44,074 nucleotides of DNA from Candidatus Omnitrophota bacterium. Lineage in GTDB: Bacteria > Omnitrophota > Omnitrophia > Omnitrophales > Aquincolibacteriaceae. The notes beneath the pieces are model-generated. The model had not been told where the DNA came from. It searched no databases and was given only the letters and a program-made list of their open reading frames with translations. The DNA lies in the NCBI GenBank assembly GCA_016196545.1, contig JACPXM010000007.1, positions 1 to 44,074 of the forward strand, given 5' to 3'. Positions 35,035 through 43,667 of the stretch are shown here, in pieces. The translations under genes and the position numbers were made by a program. Within the stretch, counting starts at the first letter, position 1. Each line of letters opens with the position of its first letter.

Positions 35035-36789
35035 TCAAACCAATGAGGCATTTCTAGGTTGAAATTCATTTTTTAATTTTTGCGGTTGAGAGACGGGTAA
35101 ATCAACCAAAAAAAGCGTGCCTTTGTCCGCCCTGCTGATGACGGAAATATTTCCTGCATGATTTTCCACAATTTTTTTTGCAATGGCCAGGCCCAGCCCC
35201 ATGCCGCCGTGTTTGGTGGTAAAAAAGGGTTTAAATATCTCATGAACTTGATGCGCGGGAATACCGGAACCGGTATCGCGAACTGAAATACGCACCTGCG
35301 AAATTTCGGAATTACAATCGGATTTGAGCAACAAGATTCCCCCTTGGGGCATGGCTTGAATCGCATTTTGAATCAGATTTTCAAAGAGCTCGTACAATTG
35401 ATCGCGATCCCCTTCAACTCCAGGACAATACGGTACCGTTTCCACCTTGAAAACGATCCCTAAGCGACCGGCAGTTTCCGCGTAGCGTTCCCGCAGCGAT
35501 TCAAAAATAGTTTCCAAACTTAATTCCTCGAGGTCTGATTTTTTAGGAGCTGCGATTTGCGACAGGCTATTGAAAATCTTCTCCAAATTTTCAATCGCTG
35601 CTGAAAATTCTTTTTCAAAGCGCTGGATAAAAATTGGATCCGTCTTACGCTCTGGAAGAAGCTGGGAAAAGGTCTTAAGCGCTACAATGGAATTTTTAAA
35701 CTTGTGGGAAATGGTGGTTGCGGCCGCGCCAATAGCCGCCAAATGTTCCCGTTCGCGAGCCCTCTTTAAACGCCGGCTCATTTGCTTGAACCGCAAAAAA
35801 AGCCGACCCAACTCATCGGAGGATTTGGGAGGAATTTCGAAATCAAAATCGCCAACCGCGACGCGCCGGCTCCAGGCTTGTAATTCCCGAACAGGCTGAA
35901 CCATCATTTTTGCAAGTCGGAAACTGACCAAAATAGAAAGAATCAAGGAAACAAAAATAACAGACCAAATGAGAAATTTCATAGGGCGCATGAATTCATA
36001 AGCCTCTCGAGTCTCAATCTGAAGACCCACAAATAAGGGCAAAGGGCCTTTCACGGGCGCATAGGAAACCAAGTTATCGTTTTTTCTCCACGTTCTCTCG
36101 TGAAAAATTTCTTGGGTGGGTAAAACCGTATTTTTTAAAACAAGTCTGCGGTCCGGATGAGCCACCAAAAGACCTTCTTTTGTCACCAAAAAAGCTCGGC
36201 CGGTACGGCCTATTTGAATACCGTCCACGATTTCCCAAAGTCCTCTCAGATTCACTTGAGCCATCAACACTCCCGCAATCTCCCCTTTGAATTGATAAGG
36301 AAAGGCCACGGAAAAATGCGGCAGATAATTATCGCTGATATAAACCGAGGATACAGAGGTACGGCCGTGTCGCGCTTCCCGGAAAATTTTTTCACGGTTG
36401 TATTTCTTTTTAGGATACCCAGGATTGGAGGAAGCAATTTCCTCGCCTTTTAAATTTAAGGAAAGAATTTCTTCGAAAAAAGGGTATTCCAGCGACAATT
36501 CCACCAAAAGGGTTTCCTGGTCCCATGCACTTGACCCCGTTCTCCCCAGAAGTTGGCCTGCGGTTTTTAAAAGTTCTACAGGCCGCGCTATAAATAAAGA
36601 GATTTCCCGCGCCGCACGGACAGCAATAGCCTGATGACTTTCCTGGATGTTGGCCTTTAGAACACGCGCCGAAATTTGATTGAGCGTGATCCCTAAAAGG
36701 GAAAGCAATCCGATCACTAGAAGGCAGATGACAAGCGCCAGTTTGACCGCAATTTTTTGAGGTATTAATTTTCTGAGAAACTGAATCAT
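35035..36789 (-). CDS. Membrane sensor histidine kinase (TM - Cache-like - TM - HAMP - HisKA - HATPase) with atypical H-box
   Basis: Two TMs around a periplasmic region with G.AFLV...G.LVAHPD; HAMP DELGRL; H-box SHKFKNS; NAIQAM, DTGSGI, PFFTTK, GLGL. Confidence 0.88.
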   Translation of the reverse strand: MIQFLRKLIPQKIAVKLALVICLLVIGLLSLLGITLNQISARVLKANIQESHQAIAVRAAREISLFIARPVELLKTAGQLLGRTGSSAWDQETLLVELSLEYPFFEEILSLNLKGEEIASSNPGYPKKKYNREKIFREARHGRTSVSSVYISDNYLPHFSVAFPYQFKGEIAGVLMAQVNLRGLWEIVDGIQIGRTGRAFLVTKEGLLVAHPDRRLVLKNTVLPTQEIFHERTWRKNDNLVSYAPVKGPLPLFVGLQIETREAYEFMRPMKFLIWSVIFVSLILSILVSFRLAKMMVQPVRELQAWSRRVAVGDFDFEIPPKSSDELGRLFLRFKQMSRRLKRAREREHLAAIGAAATTISHKFKNSIVALKTFSQLLPERKTDPIFIQRFEKEFSAAIENLEKIFNSLSQIAAPKKSDLEELSLETIFESLRERYAETAGRLGIVFKVETVPYCPGVEGDRDQLYELFENLIQNAIQAMPQGGILLLKSDCNSEISQVRISVRDTGSGIPAHQVHEIFKPFFTTKHGGMGLGLAIAKKIVENHAGNISVISRADKGTLFLVDLPVSQPQKLKNEFQPRNASLV

Positions 36790-36801
36790 AAAGGGTTTTT
36801 A

Positions 36802-36816
36802 TCAAAAAGCATGCCA
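36802..36816 (-). promoter_or_regulatory. Possible sigma54 promoter
   Basis: TGGCAT-GCTTT-TTGA 13 nt upstream of ATG 36789. Confidence 0.4.
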
Positions 36817-36847
36817 AAAAAATGGCCGCGGCGCTTATGCCGCGGCC
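36816..36847 (-). terminator. Intrinsic terminator after the radical SAM gene
   Basis: GGCCGCGGC-ATAAGC-GCCGCGGCC followed by ATTTTTTT on the minus strand. Confidence 0.85.
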
Positions 36848-36881
36848 TATATTACTCTTTAAATGGAATCGGGGAAAGTTC

Positions 36882-38255
36882 TTAAACGGTGAGGGCGGGC
36901 TGCTTTTCTCGCTCCCTTTTCTTGGCCATCAGCTGCTCGTATTTGATTTTAATGTAATCGTGAATTGTTTTATCGAAGAAATCCCTTTCACAAAAGACAT
37001 TTTTGTAGCTTCCAGTTTGAAGTTCCGCATGATAATTACACCCGCCCGCACAAAAAGGCACGTATTGGCAATCCTGGCATTTGCCCTTCCACTCGACAAG
37101 GTCAAACGACATGAAATCCTTATAGCGATCGTTCAGTTTTAGATCGGAAACATTCCCGCAAGATTTATCATAATGCCCCACCATGGCAGGACATTTAAAA
37201 ATCACGCCGTCGGGATCAATAATGACTTGGTGTTCGCCCGATTTGAAGTGGCATACGCCTCCCCCGTCGAGAGACCTTGAAGTGGCAAAACCGCGTCGCA
37301 TGAGCTCCTTTTTAATCTGAATCATTTTTTCACCATGGCCTGGGTCGCAGGCATAAGTGGCAACCGCTTGAGAGTCATGCGGCATGGGATCGCGACGTTC
37401 GGTAATGGGCTTGAAATCAATCATTGCGATTTTTTCTTTTAAGCCTTCGGCTTCAAAAAAATCTAAAAGTTTGTAAAGGCTTTCGTAACTATGGGTGTTG
37501 AAATTGCTCGCCAAAATGACTTTGGTTTTATGCGCCACGGCCTTGATATTCCGTATGAGAATGTCAAAACTCCCTTTTCCGCTGATAAAAGGACGGTATT
37601 GGTCGTGTTGCTCTTTATCCCCGTCCAGGGTAATCCGAAGGCTTTTAAGCCCCCAGCCATTGAGCCGATCCACTAAAGCCTCTGTCACAAGAGATCCATT
37701 GGTAATAATATTGAATTCAAAATGCCAGGGGGTCGTGGCGGTCCACTCATGCATTTCGCGAGCAATGTATTCCAACATCGGGACATTCAAAAGGGGTTCG
37801 CCTCCGTAGAAAACAATTTCTATTTTTTCCGGATTGACCTCCATAGCTTTGTTTTTTAACCATAACACGATTTCCTGGGCCTTTTCTTGACTCATGAACC
37901 TTTTCTGCTCTTTCACCTTGCCTTCGAAGCAATAAGGACAGGCAAAATTACAAAAATAAGTGGTCAGAACATAGGCCTCCAGTTTTTTCGAATTGTAACG
38001 GATCGTTTCGAACCAATCTCGCATAATGTCGAGTTCATCAGCATCATCGCGCAACGTAATCCCCATTTCCTCAAGCTTGGTAAGAATGGGACGCGCCTCT
38101 TCAGCGACAGCGGTAACCGCTACGGGCATTTCGCGGAGCAGGGACCGTATGGCATCGTTGAGAACCAGCAGAGCCTGCGTGCGGGTATTGTAGGCTAAAT
38201 GTTTTCCAGGTTGGGGATAATCATCGACAATAATGGTGAACTGAGAAATTTTCAT
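36882..38255 (-). CDS. Radical SAM/SPASM peptide maturase with N-terminal extension (probable RRE)
   Basis: CNFACPYC, FYGGEPLLN, ITNG, ITLDG; SPASM C...DPDG.IFKCP...C..C....FC.GGC...C; ~90-aa N-terminal domain (AYNTRT...LEEMGI). Confidence 0.92.
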   Translation of the reverse strand: MKISQFTIIVDDYPQPGKHLAYNTRTQALLVLNDAIRSLLREMPVAVTAVAEEARPILTKLEEMGITLRDDADELDIMRDWFETIRYNSKKLEAYVLTTYFCNFACPYCFEGKVKEQKRFMSQEKAQEIVLWLKNKAMEVNPEKIEIVFYGGEPLLNVPMLEYIAREMHEWTATTPWHFEFNIITNGSLVTEALVDRLNGWGLKSLRITLDGDKEQHDQYRPFISGKGSFDILIRNIKAVAHKTKVILASNFNTHSYESLYKLLDFFEAEGLKEKIAMIDFKPITERRDPMPHDSQAVATYACDPGHGEKMIQIKKELMRRGFATSRSLDGGGVCHFKSGEHQVIIDPDGVIFKCPAMVGHYDKSCGNVSDLKLNDRYKDFMSFDLVEWKGKCQDCQYVPFCAGGCNYHAELQTGSYKNVFCERDFFDKTIHDYIKIKYEQLMAKKREREKQPALTV

Positions 38256-38304
38256 AAGGAACGCTCCAATTTTTTAGACGCGTGGGAGGATTTATTAATA
38301 TTCC

Positions 38305-38332
38305 AAACGGGCTGCGAATAAGCAGCCCGTTT
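38305..38332 (-). terminator. Stable hairpin between precursor and maturase (weak terminator or mRNA stabiliser)
   Basis: AAACGGGCTGC-TTATTC-GCAGCCCGTTT, starting 7-8 nt after the peptide stop; only 3 U follow. Confidence 0.7.
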
Positions 38333-38339
38333 TCTTCAT

Positions 38340-38438
38340 CTACTCTGGGAATCCAACAAACCAAATATCCGACACACAACAGTTAGTGACAATTCCTTTC
38401 GCATCTTTTGCAGTGTCAATAACCACGATATCTTCCAT
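38340..38438 (-). CDS. 32-aa putative RiPP precursor MEDIVVIDTAKDAKGIVTNCCVSDIWFVGFPE
   Basis: Strong SD AAAGGGGGTGAT just before ATG 38438; sits in the gap between the SBP stop and the rSAM gene; leader/core composition. Confidence 0.85.
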   Translation of the reverse strand: MEDIVVIDTAKDAKGIVTNCCVSDIWFVGFPE

Positions 38439-38463
38439 CCCATCACCCCCTTTCCACTCAGAT

Positions 38464-40011
38464 TTACTCTTGCTTATATAATTTTCTAAGAAGATAAAAT
38501 GGGATGAAGGGACCGAAAAAATTATCCGCAGGAATAATATCCTTGGAGGAGGCGTGAAACGAGTAGGGAATATAAAGAAAAACAGCGGGAATATCCTTCG
38601 CAATCGTTTCCTGCAATTGATGATAAGTGATTTTCCGCTCCTCCCGGTCATTCATTCTTCGTGCCGCCTCAAAACCTTTTGAAACCTCCGGATTTTCATA
38701 ATTTCCCAAATTAAACGATCCCCCCGGAAAATAATGACTGACAACATCGGGATCCGGATCCATATTATTAAATGTCGTTAAGAAAATTTGGAAAGGAGCA
38801 TTTGGCTGATAGACTTGGGAATGAAGCTCCTTGTAATCGGAAAACGTATGAATTTTAAGAGAGATTCCGATTTCTTGAAGCTGCTGGCGAATCAGTTTGG
38901 CCATCCGCATCAAATGCTCGTTTTCTGAACTTACCAAAAGATTCAAGTCTAATCCCGAAACACCTTCCTCCTTGAGCAGCCTCGCGGCACTTTCTGCAGG
39001 ATGCCTCTGAACACGAATATTCGAAGAATAAGCCCAAGAGGCAGGGTGGAAGGGACCCTCAATCAGAATGCCCTGATCGCCTTCAAGCTTGTTCCGCATT
39101 TCATCACAGTTAATGGCCAAACGAATGGCTTCGCGAAGATTTCTTTTTTTTAACCGTTCATCCTTAAAATTAAATAAAAGCATATACCCGCCCGGAGCCA
39201 GTGAAGTAAAAACATGAAAGGAGGAATTCTCCCGAATTTCTTGAAAATCATCGCGGTCCAGATAAAAAACCAAATCTACATCTCCACGAAGAAAAGCGGA
39301 CCATACGTGCTTCTTTGAAGAAAATATCTGGACACTGACTTGATTCAAATAGGGCCTGCCTTCAAAATAATTTAAATACGCCCTGAGACGCATGGAACCA
39401 TTACTCTCCTCACCCTCAAAAATAAACGGGCCCGTCCCAATGGGTGATTTTGCAATGACATTTAAATCATCTTTCGTGTGAATCAATTGATTCTTGGGAA
39501 CAATGCTGACGCGCCATATTGAAACTAAAAAGGGGGAAAAAGGCTCTTTCAGTATGGCCTGAAAAACATAGCGTGAAGGAATCTTCCATTCTTTGACACG
39601 GTCAAACTGTTTTGAAAACGCGGGACTAATGTTTTTATCGCTCATAAGCCGGAAGCTATGCAATACATCCTCAGAGGTGCATTCCTGACCGTTGTGAAAC
39701 TTTACGCCGCTGCGCAGGTAAAAGGTATAGGTTAAACCATCCTTTGAAATTTCCCAACGTTGCGCCAAATCCGGTTCGAATTCTCCGGAGGGTGAAACTC
39801 GGACTAGTTTGTTAAAAATTAAATCCATCAAGGGCGCGGAAATGGTGTCGGTGACGTTAAACGGGTCGAGGGGTGCAGGCTTTTGATGTGTGCCTAAATA
39901 AAGGGTGCCTCCGTAGCGCGGCTTTGGCGACGAGACGGCGGAAGGCGCTGCATATGCGGGCTGCACGGCCGCTGAAGCAATCATGAGACCTGCCAACAAA
40001 ACCCCCTTCAC
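38464..40011 (-). CDS. Family-5 (Opp/Dpp/Nik-type) periplasmic solute-binding protein, no cognate permease nearby
   Basis: EPDLA.RW.IS.DG.TYTF.LR.GVKFHNG, PIGTGPF; signal peptide from GTG 40011 (MKGVLLAGLMIASAAVQPAYA). Confidence 0.88.
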   Translation of the reverse strand: MKGVLLAGLMIASAAVQPAYAAPSAVSSPKPRYGGTLYLGTHQKPAPLDPFNVTDTISAPLMDLIFNKLVRVSPSGEFEPDLAQRWEISKDGLTYTFYLRSGVKFHNGQECTSEDVLHSFRLMSDKNISPAFSKQFDRVKEWKIPSRYVFQAILKEPFSPFLVSIWRVSIVPKNQLIHTKDDLNVIAKSPIGTGPFIFEGEESNGSMRLRAYLNYFEGRPYLNQVSVQIFSSKKHVWSAFLRGDVDLVFYLDRDDFQEIRENSSFHVFTSLAPGGYMLLFNFKDERLKKRNLREAIRLAINCDEMRNKLEGDQGILIEGPFHPASWAYSSNIRVQRHPAESAARLLKEEGVSGLDLNLLVSSENEHLMRMAKLIRQQLQEIGISLKIHTFSDYKELHSQVYQPNAPFQIFLTTFNNMDPDPDVVSHYFPGGSFNLGNYENPEVSKGFEAARRMNDREERKITYHQLQETIAKDIPAVFLYIPYSFHASSKDIIPADNFFGPFIPFYLLRKLYKQE

Positions 40012-40058
40012 AGGGAAAAAAACCTTGGCATAAAAAGCACGAAATCCAAAGGGCGTTG

Positions 40059-40073
40059 GCAATGTCTGTGCCA
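40059..40073 (-). promoter_or_regulatory. sigma54 -24/-12 promoter of the SBP-precursor-rSAM operon
   Basis: TGGCAC-AGACA-TTGC, exact consensus TGGCAC-N5-TTGC. Confidence 0.85.
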
Positions 40074-40113
40074 TTGAATATTTTAAAAGAGCGCAATCAA
40101 TCATAACGTTGAA

Positions 40114-40126
40114 TAAAGCTTTGATT
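40114..40126 (-). promoter_or_regulatory. IHF-like binding site
   Basis: AATCAAAGCTTTA matches WATCAANNNNTTR and lies between the sigma54 promoter and the candidate enhancer. Confidence 0.55.
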
Positions 40127-40196
40127 TTAAAAGGAAAAATAATAAGACTAAGATAAATAACAAATCGAATCGAGGAAAATTAAAATCAAACACTCG

Positions 40197-40232
40197 TGCA
40201 CAATATTCGGGATTTGTCGAGACTCTTGTGCA
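40197..40232. promoter_or_regulatory. Candidate upstream activator (enhancer) sequence
   Basis: Inverted repeat TGCACAA-N22-TTGTGCA about 125-160 bp upstream of the -24 box; NtrC-like half-sites. Confidence 0.45.
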
Positions 40233-40235
40233 GGA

Positions 40236-42173
40236 TCAAAAACCATACTTCGCTCCGGCTTCAAAATTCCTTTCTGGATTAGGGTCCCGACTGCCGTCAA
40301 AGGAAAAGTCGTGATTGAAGAGGTTCTCCCCTTCGACAAATACGGAAAATCGGCCATACAGGATTTTGGGGAATTTAAGAACCGCCTTGCTATCAAAAAT
40401 GAATGCCTGATCCTTGGGATTCGTAAATCCCGCGTATTGAACCAAATCCGTATAACGACCAGCAAGATGGAGATTTAGAATCATTCCCCAGAATGCCTTG
40501 GAGTAATTGAGTTTAATGTCCTGAGTAAAGCGAGGCCGGCTTTGCAAGGGTCCGGCCGAACCCGGCTCTACGGCTAAGACATACATTGTGCCATAGGAAC
40601 CGGAAATTCCTTGCCAGGGGCCAAGCCCAATTTCGGTTTCGAAACCTGTTCGTCTTTCCTCATCAATATTGACGGGCTGCCTAAGGCCATCGGAGCGGAC
40701 AATGGTTTGAATGCTATCTTCGAGAAAAGTCTGAAAAAATACGGCTTTCCCGAGAATTCCATTACGGGGTTCGGTCTCAAAGCCAAAATTGTAGACAATG
40801 GCCTTCTCAGCCTCCAAATCGGGATTTGCAACAGTCGTCGCTGCGCTTAGATATCGATCCACTAAGGAAGGCGCATTAAACGCCCGTGAAACATTACCCC
40901 GTAACAAGCTCCTCCAAAAAGGCAGATGATAAACAAGCCCTGCACTTGGATCAAAATAGGTGCCGTAACTGTTGGTCGCATCGAGGCGGGATCCGAGTGT
41001 GGCATCCCAATTTTTCCAGGAAAGCTGATAATTGATAAAATAGCCTTGGCGCGTGCTTTCTTTATTGACATTAAACGGGCTCGTGGCTGCCCGGAAAACC
41101 GCGTCCCGGTATACTTCCACGCCGATATCAGCTCCCGTCACGAGGGTCTGGGATTCGGTGATGTCCCATATATTCTTCACAGAGGCTTCATGAATCATGC
41201 TGCGCGCCTTCGCAACTTGAAAAAAAGTGTAGCGCGGCAAAAGCAACGTATCGCGGCGGAAAGTTCTTTCCGATAATTTATAAAAAAATTCTGAATACAC
41301 ATTTCCGCCATGCTCCATCACAAGCCCTGCGCTGCCATAACGCGAATAGACCTTTCTTTTTGCAGAAAGATTCAAATCGGGCAAATCAAATTCGCTTACC
41401 TTAGAACCGGAGTATCCGAAGGATCCCTTTAGAGAAAGTCCTTCAATCCCGGGAATCGTAACTTCGCTTTTTAAAAATCCCCTCTTCTCCAGCTCATCGC
41501 TATTCGGACGAAAGCCCCCGGCCTCGGTATAACTTCCCATGCCGTAATAACCCAGAGGCCCGGCCGAGCCCCAAATTTCCCCTTTCTCACGCTGAGTGCC
41601 AAATTCTCCAAAGCTGAGAGTGGTTTCTCCCTTCGGCATCAAGGATTTTCCAACAGGCCTCGTAATAACGTTAATGACTCCGCCCATGGCCGAACCCCAA
41701 ACACTTGAGGACGCTCCCTTAATCACTTCGATTTTCTCCACAATTTCGAGTGGAATCTGAGACAAATCCGCAATGCCTCCCGTAGTGGTTGCATTAAAGG
41801 TAATGCCATCCACCATCACGCGCACTTCACGCGCCTTGGAGCCATAAATTTGAGCCGTGGCGTTTTGTCCAATGTGTCCGTCATCTTGAACCACAATGCC
41901 GTTAATCAATCCAAGTGCTTCATCCAAATCCTGAACGGGCCAGCGGTCAAGTTCTTCACGGGTCACCACCGTCACATGATCCGTCACTTGAGGAAGGGCT
42001 TGGAGGCTTCGTGTGGAACTAAAAAAGGAATCCTTAGAATACAGAAAATCCGACTGAGAGGATAAGACTTCCGAAGGCGGACTGGATAAAACGCGGCGAT
42101 CACTATGGGCCATGAGAGGAGGAATTAAAAGAAATAGGAGCGGGAGTGAAAAGAACAAAAACCGGTACATCAA
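40236..42173 (-). CDS. TonB-dependent outer-membrane receptor (BtuB/CirA-like size)
   Basis: Signal peptide; plug VTVVTREEL...VMVDG...IEVIKGASSSVWGSAMGGVINVIT; NPDLEAE; ENLFN...C-terminal YGF; start overlaps the activator stop. Confidence 0.92.
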   Translation of the reverse strand: MMYRFLFFSLPLLFLLIPPLMAHSDRRVLSSPPSEVLSSQSDFLYSKDSFFSSTRSLQALPQVTDHVTVVTREELDRWPVQDLDEALGLINGIVVQDDGHIGQNATAQIYGSKAREVRVMVDGITFNATTTGGIADLSQIPLEIVEKIEVIKGASSSVWGSAMGGVINVITRPVGKSLMPKGETTLSFGEFGTQREKGEIWGSAGPLGYYGMGSYTEAGGFRPNSDELEKRGFLKSEVTIPGIEGLSLKGSFGYSGSKVSEFDLPDLNLSAKRKVYSRYGSAGLVMEHGGNVYSEFFYKLSERTFRRDTLLLPRYTFFQVAKARSMIHEASVKNIWDITESQTLVTGADIGVEVYRDAVFRAATSPFNVNKESTRQGYFINYQLSWKNWDATLGSRLDATNSYGTYFDPSAGLVYHLPFWRSLLRGNVSRAFNAPSLVDRYLSAATTVANPDLEAEKAIVYNFGFETEPRNGILGKAVFFQTFLEDSIQTIVRSDGLRQPVNIDEERRTGFETEIGLGPWQGISGSYGTMYVLAVEPGSAGPLQSRPRFTQDIKLNYSKAFWGMILNLHLAGRYTDLVQYAGFTNPKDQAFIFDSKAVLKFPKILYGRFSVFVEGENLFNHDFSFDGSRDPNPERNFEAGAKYGF

Positions 42174-43570
42174 ACTAAGGATTTGTGATCGCTGGATTGC
42201 TTGAGCTGCTTTACATCGATTTGTAGCGCATCTAATTTAGCAAGGAGTGTATTCCGGTGAATGCCCAAAATCTCGGCGGCCTTACTCTGATTCCATTCAG
42301 AATATTCGAGGATATTTAAGATCACCTTGCGTTCATAATCATCCAAAATTTCCTTAAAGGAAAAAGGTTCACGGTATTCGGTAAACTCGCCTCGCGGCAC
42401 GGCTAAGTCGAGAGGTAAATGGGCCTTTTGGATGCAGGGTCCCTCCATTAAAACCACAGCCCGTTCCACAACATTTTTGAGCTCGCGGATATTACCGGGC
42501 CAGTTGTAATCCTGCAATGTCGATTTGGCCTCTTCAGAAAACCCGCTTGCGGGTTTGTTAAATTTTTTTGAAAATTGGCGCAAGTAATGCTCCGCTAAAA
42601 TCAAAATATCCCCTTGGCGATCCCGAAGCGGCGGCAAATGGATATGGACCACTTTTACGCGATAATAGAGGTCTTCACGAAACTGACCGGTTTCCACCAT
42701 TTTTCGCAAATTGCCATTGGTCGCTGCCACAATGCGAACATCAATCGGAAGAACCTTAATGCTACCCACCCTCTCAATTTCCTGCTCCTGAAGGACTCGC
42801 AGCAATTTTACCTGAAGGGTCTCCTTCATGGCTGAAATTTCATCGAGAAATAAAGTCCCGCCTTGGGCCATTTCAAACTTTCCAATTTTTCGCTCCAAGG
42901 CCCCCGTGAAAGCCCCCCGTTCATGCCCAAAGAGCTCGCTTTCCAGCAAATTTTCAGGAATGGCGCCGCAATTAATGGCTTTGAAGGGGCGGTTTTTTCG
43001 CGAGGACTGATAATGAATCGCTCGAGCCACGAGCTCTTTGCCCGTTCCACTTTCGCCGGTAATAAGGACAGTGCTGTCTGTCAAGGCAACCTTGGAAATT
43101 ATTTTTAGAATTTCCTTTAATTTCGGATCCCGGCCCACCATGGGATGGCTATCGTCGAGCTGCTGGACATCATCACGCAGGGAGACGATTTCTTCGGCCA
43201 TGGATTTTTTCTCAAGCACACGGCGGGTCATCAGAAGAATTTCGTCTTTATCGAAGGGTTTCGTAATGTAGTGAAACGCACCTAACTCCATGGCACGCAT
43301 GGCCGAACGCGCCTTGTCATCCGCCGTAAGCATGACCACGTCGACGGTAGGATCGAGGGCTTTGATTTGTCGCAATACTTCAAAACCATCGAGTTCCGGA
43401 AGAGTAATGTCGAGAAATACTAAATCGACGGGCTCAGACCTCAATCGCGAAAGGGCATCGCGGCCGTCCTTGGCAACTACCAGCTCAAAACTATCACCGA
43501 GTAATAAATCGAGGGAATCAACGGTCGGCTTTTCATCATCGACTATCAGAATTCGGCGCTTTTTTTTCAA
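42170..43570 (-). CDS. sigma54-dependent response regulator (NtrC/AtoC family: REC-AAA+-HTH)
   Basis: ILIVDDE, LD..LP, GESGTGKE, ESELFGHERGAFTGA, FLDEI, WPGNIREL, NQSKAAEILGIHRNTL. Confidence 0.95.
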   Translation of the reverse strand: MKKKRRILIVDDEKPTVDSLDLLLGDSFELVVAKDGRDALSRLRSEPVDLVFLDITLPELDGFEVLRQIKALDPTVDVVMLTADDKARSAMRAMELGAFHYITKPFDKDEILLMTRRVLEKKSMAEEIVSLRDDVQQLDDSHPMVGRDPKLKEILKIISKVALTDSTVLITGESGTGKELVARAIHYQSSRKNRPFKAINCGAIPENLLESELFGHERGAFTGALERKIGKFEMAQGGTLFLDEISAMKETLQVKLLRVLQEQEIERVGSIKVLPIDVRIVAATNGNLRKMVETGQFREDLYYRVKVVHIHLPPLRDRQGDILILAEHYLRQFSKKFNKPASGFSEEAKSTLQDYNWPGNIRELKNVVERAVVLMEGPCIQKAHLPLDLAVPRGEFTEYREPFSFKEILDDYERKVILNILEYSEWNQSKAAEILGIHRNTLLAKLDALQIDVKQLKQSSDHKSLV

Positions 43571-43667
43571 AGGGGGAGTGATCCTTTTCTGCTAGTTCGA
43601 ATTATCAATTAGGGCATCATCATAGAGGGACCTGGCAGTTAAGGCAATCTTATTTTTAGGAAGGCTG

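Noticed and set aside
38439-38651. N-terminal 71 aa of the 103-aa ORF 38340..38651
   Set aside because: It overlaps the SBP gene out of frame; the SD supports a start at 38438.
40012-40104. Long N-terminus of the SBP as given in the ORF track
   Set aside because: It would contain the sigma54 promoter and bury the signal peptide.
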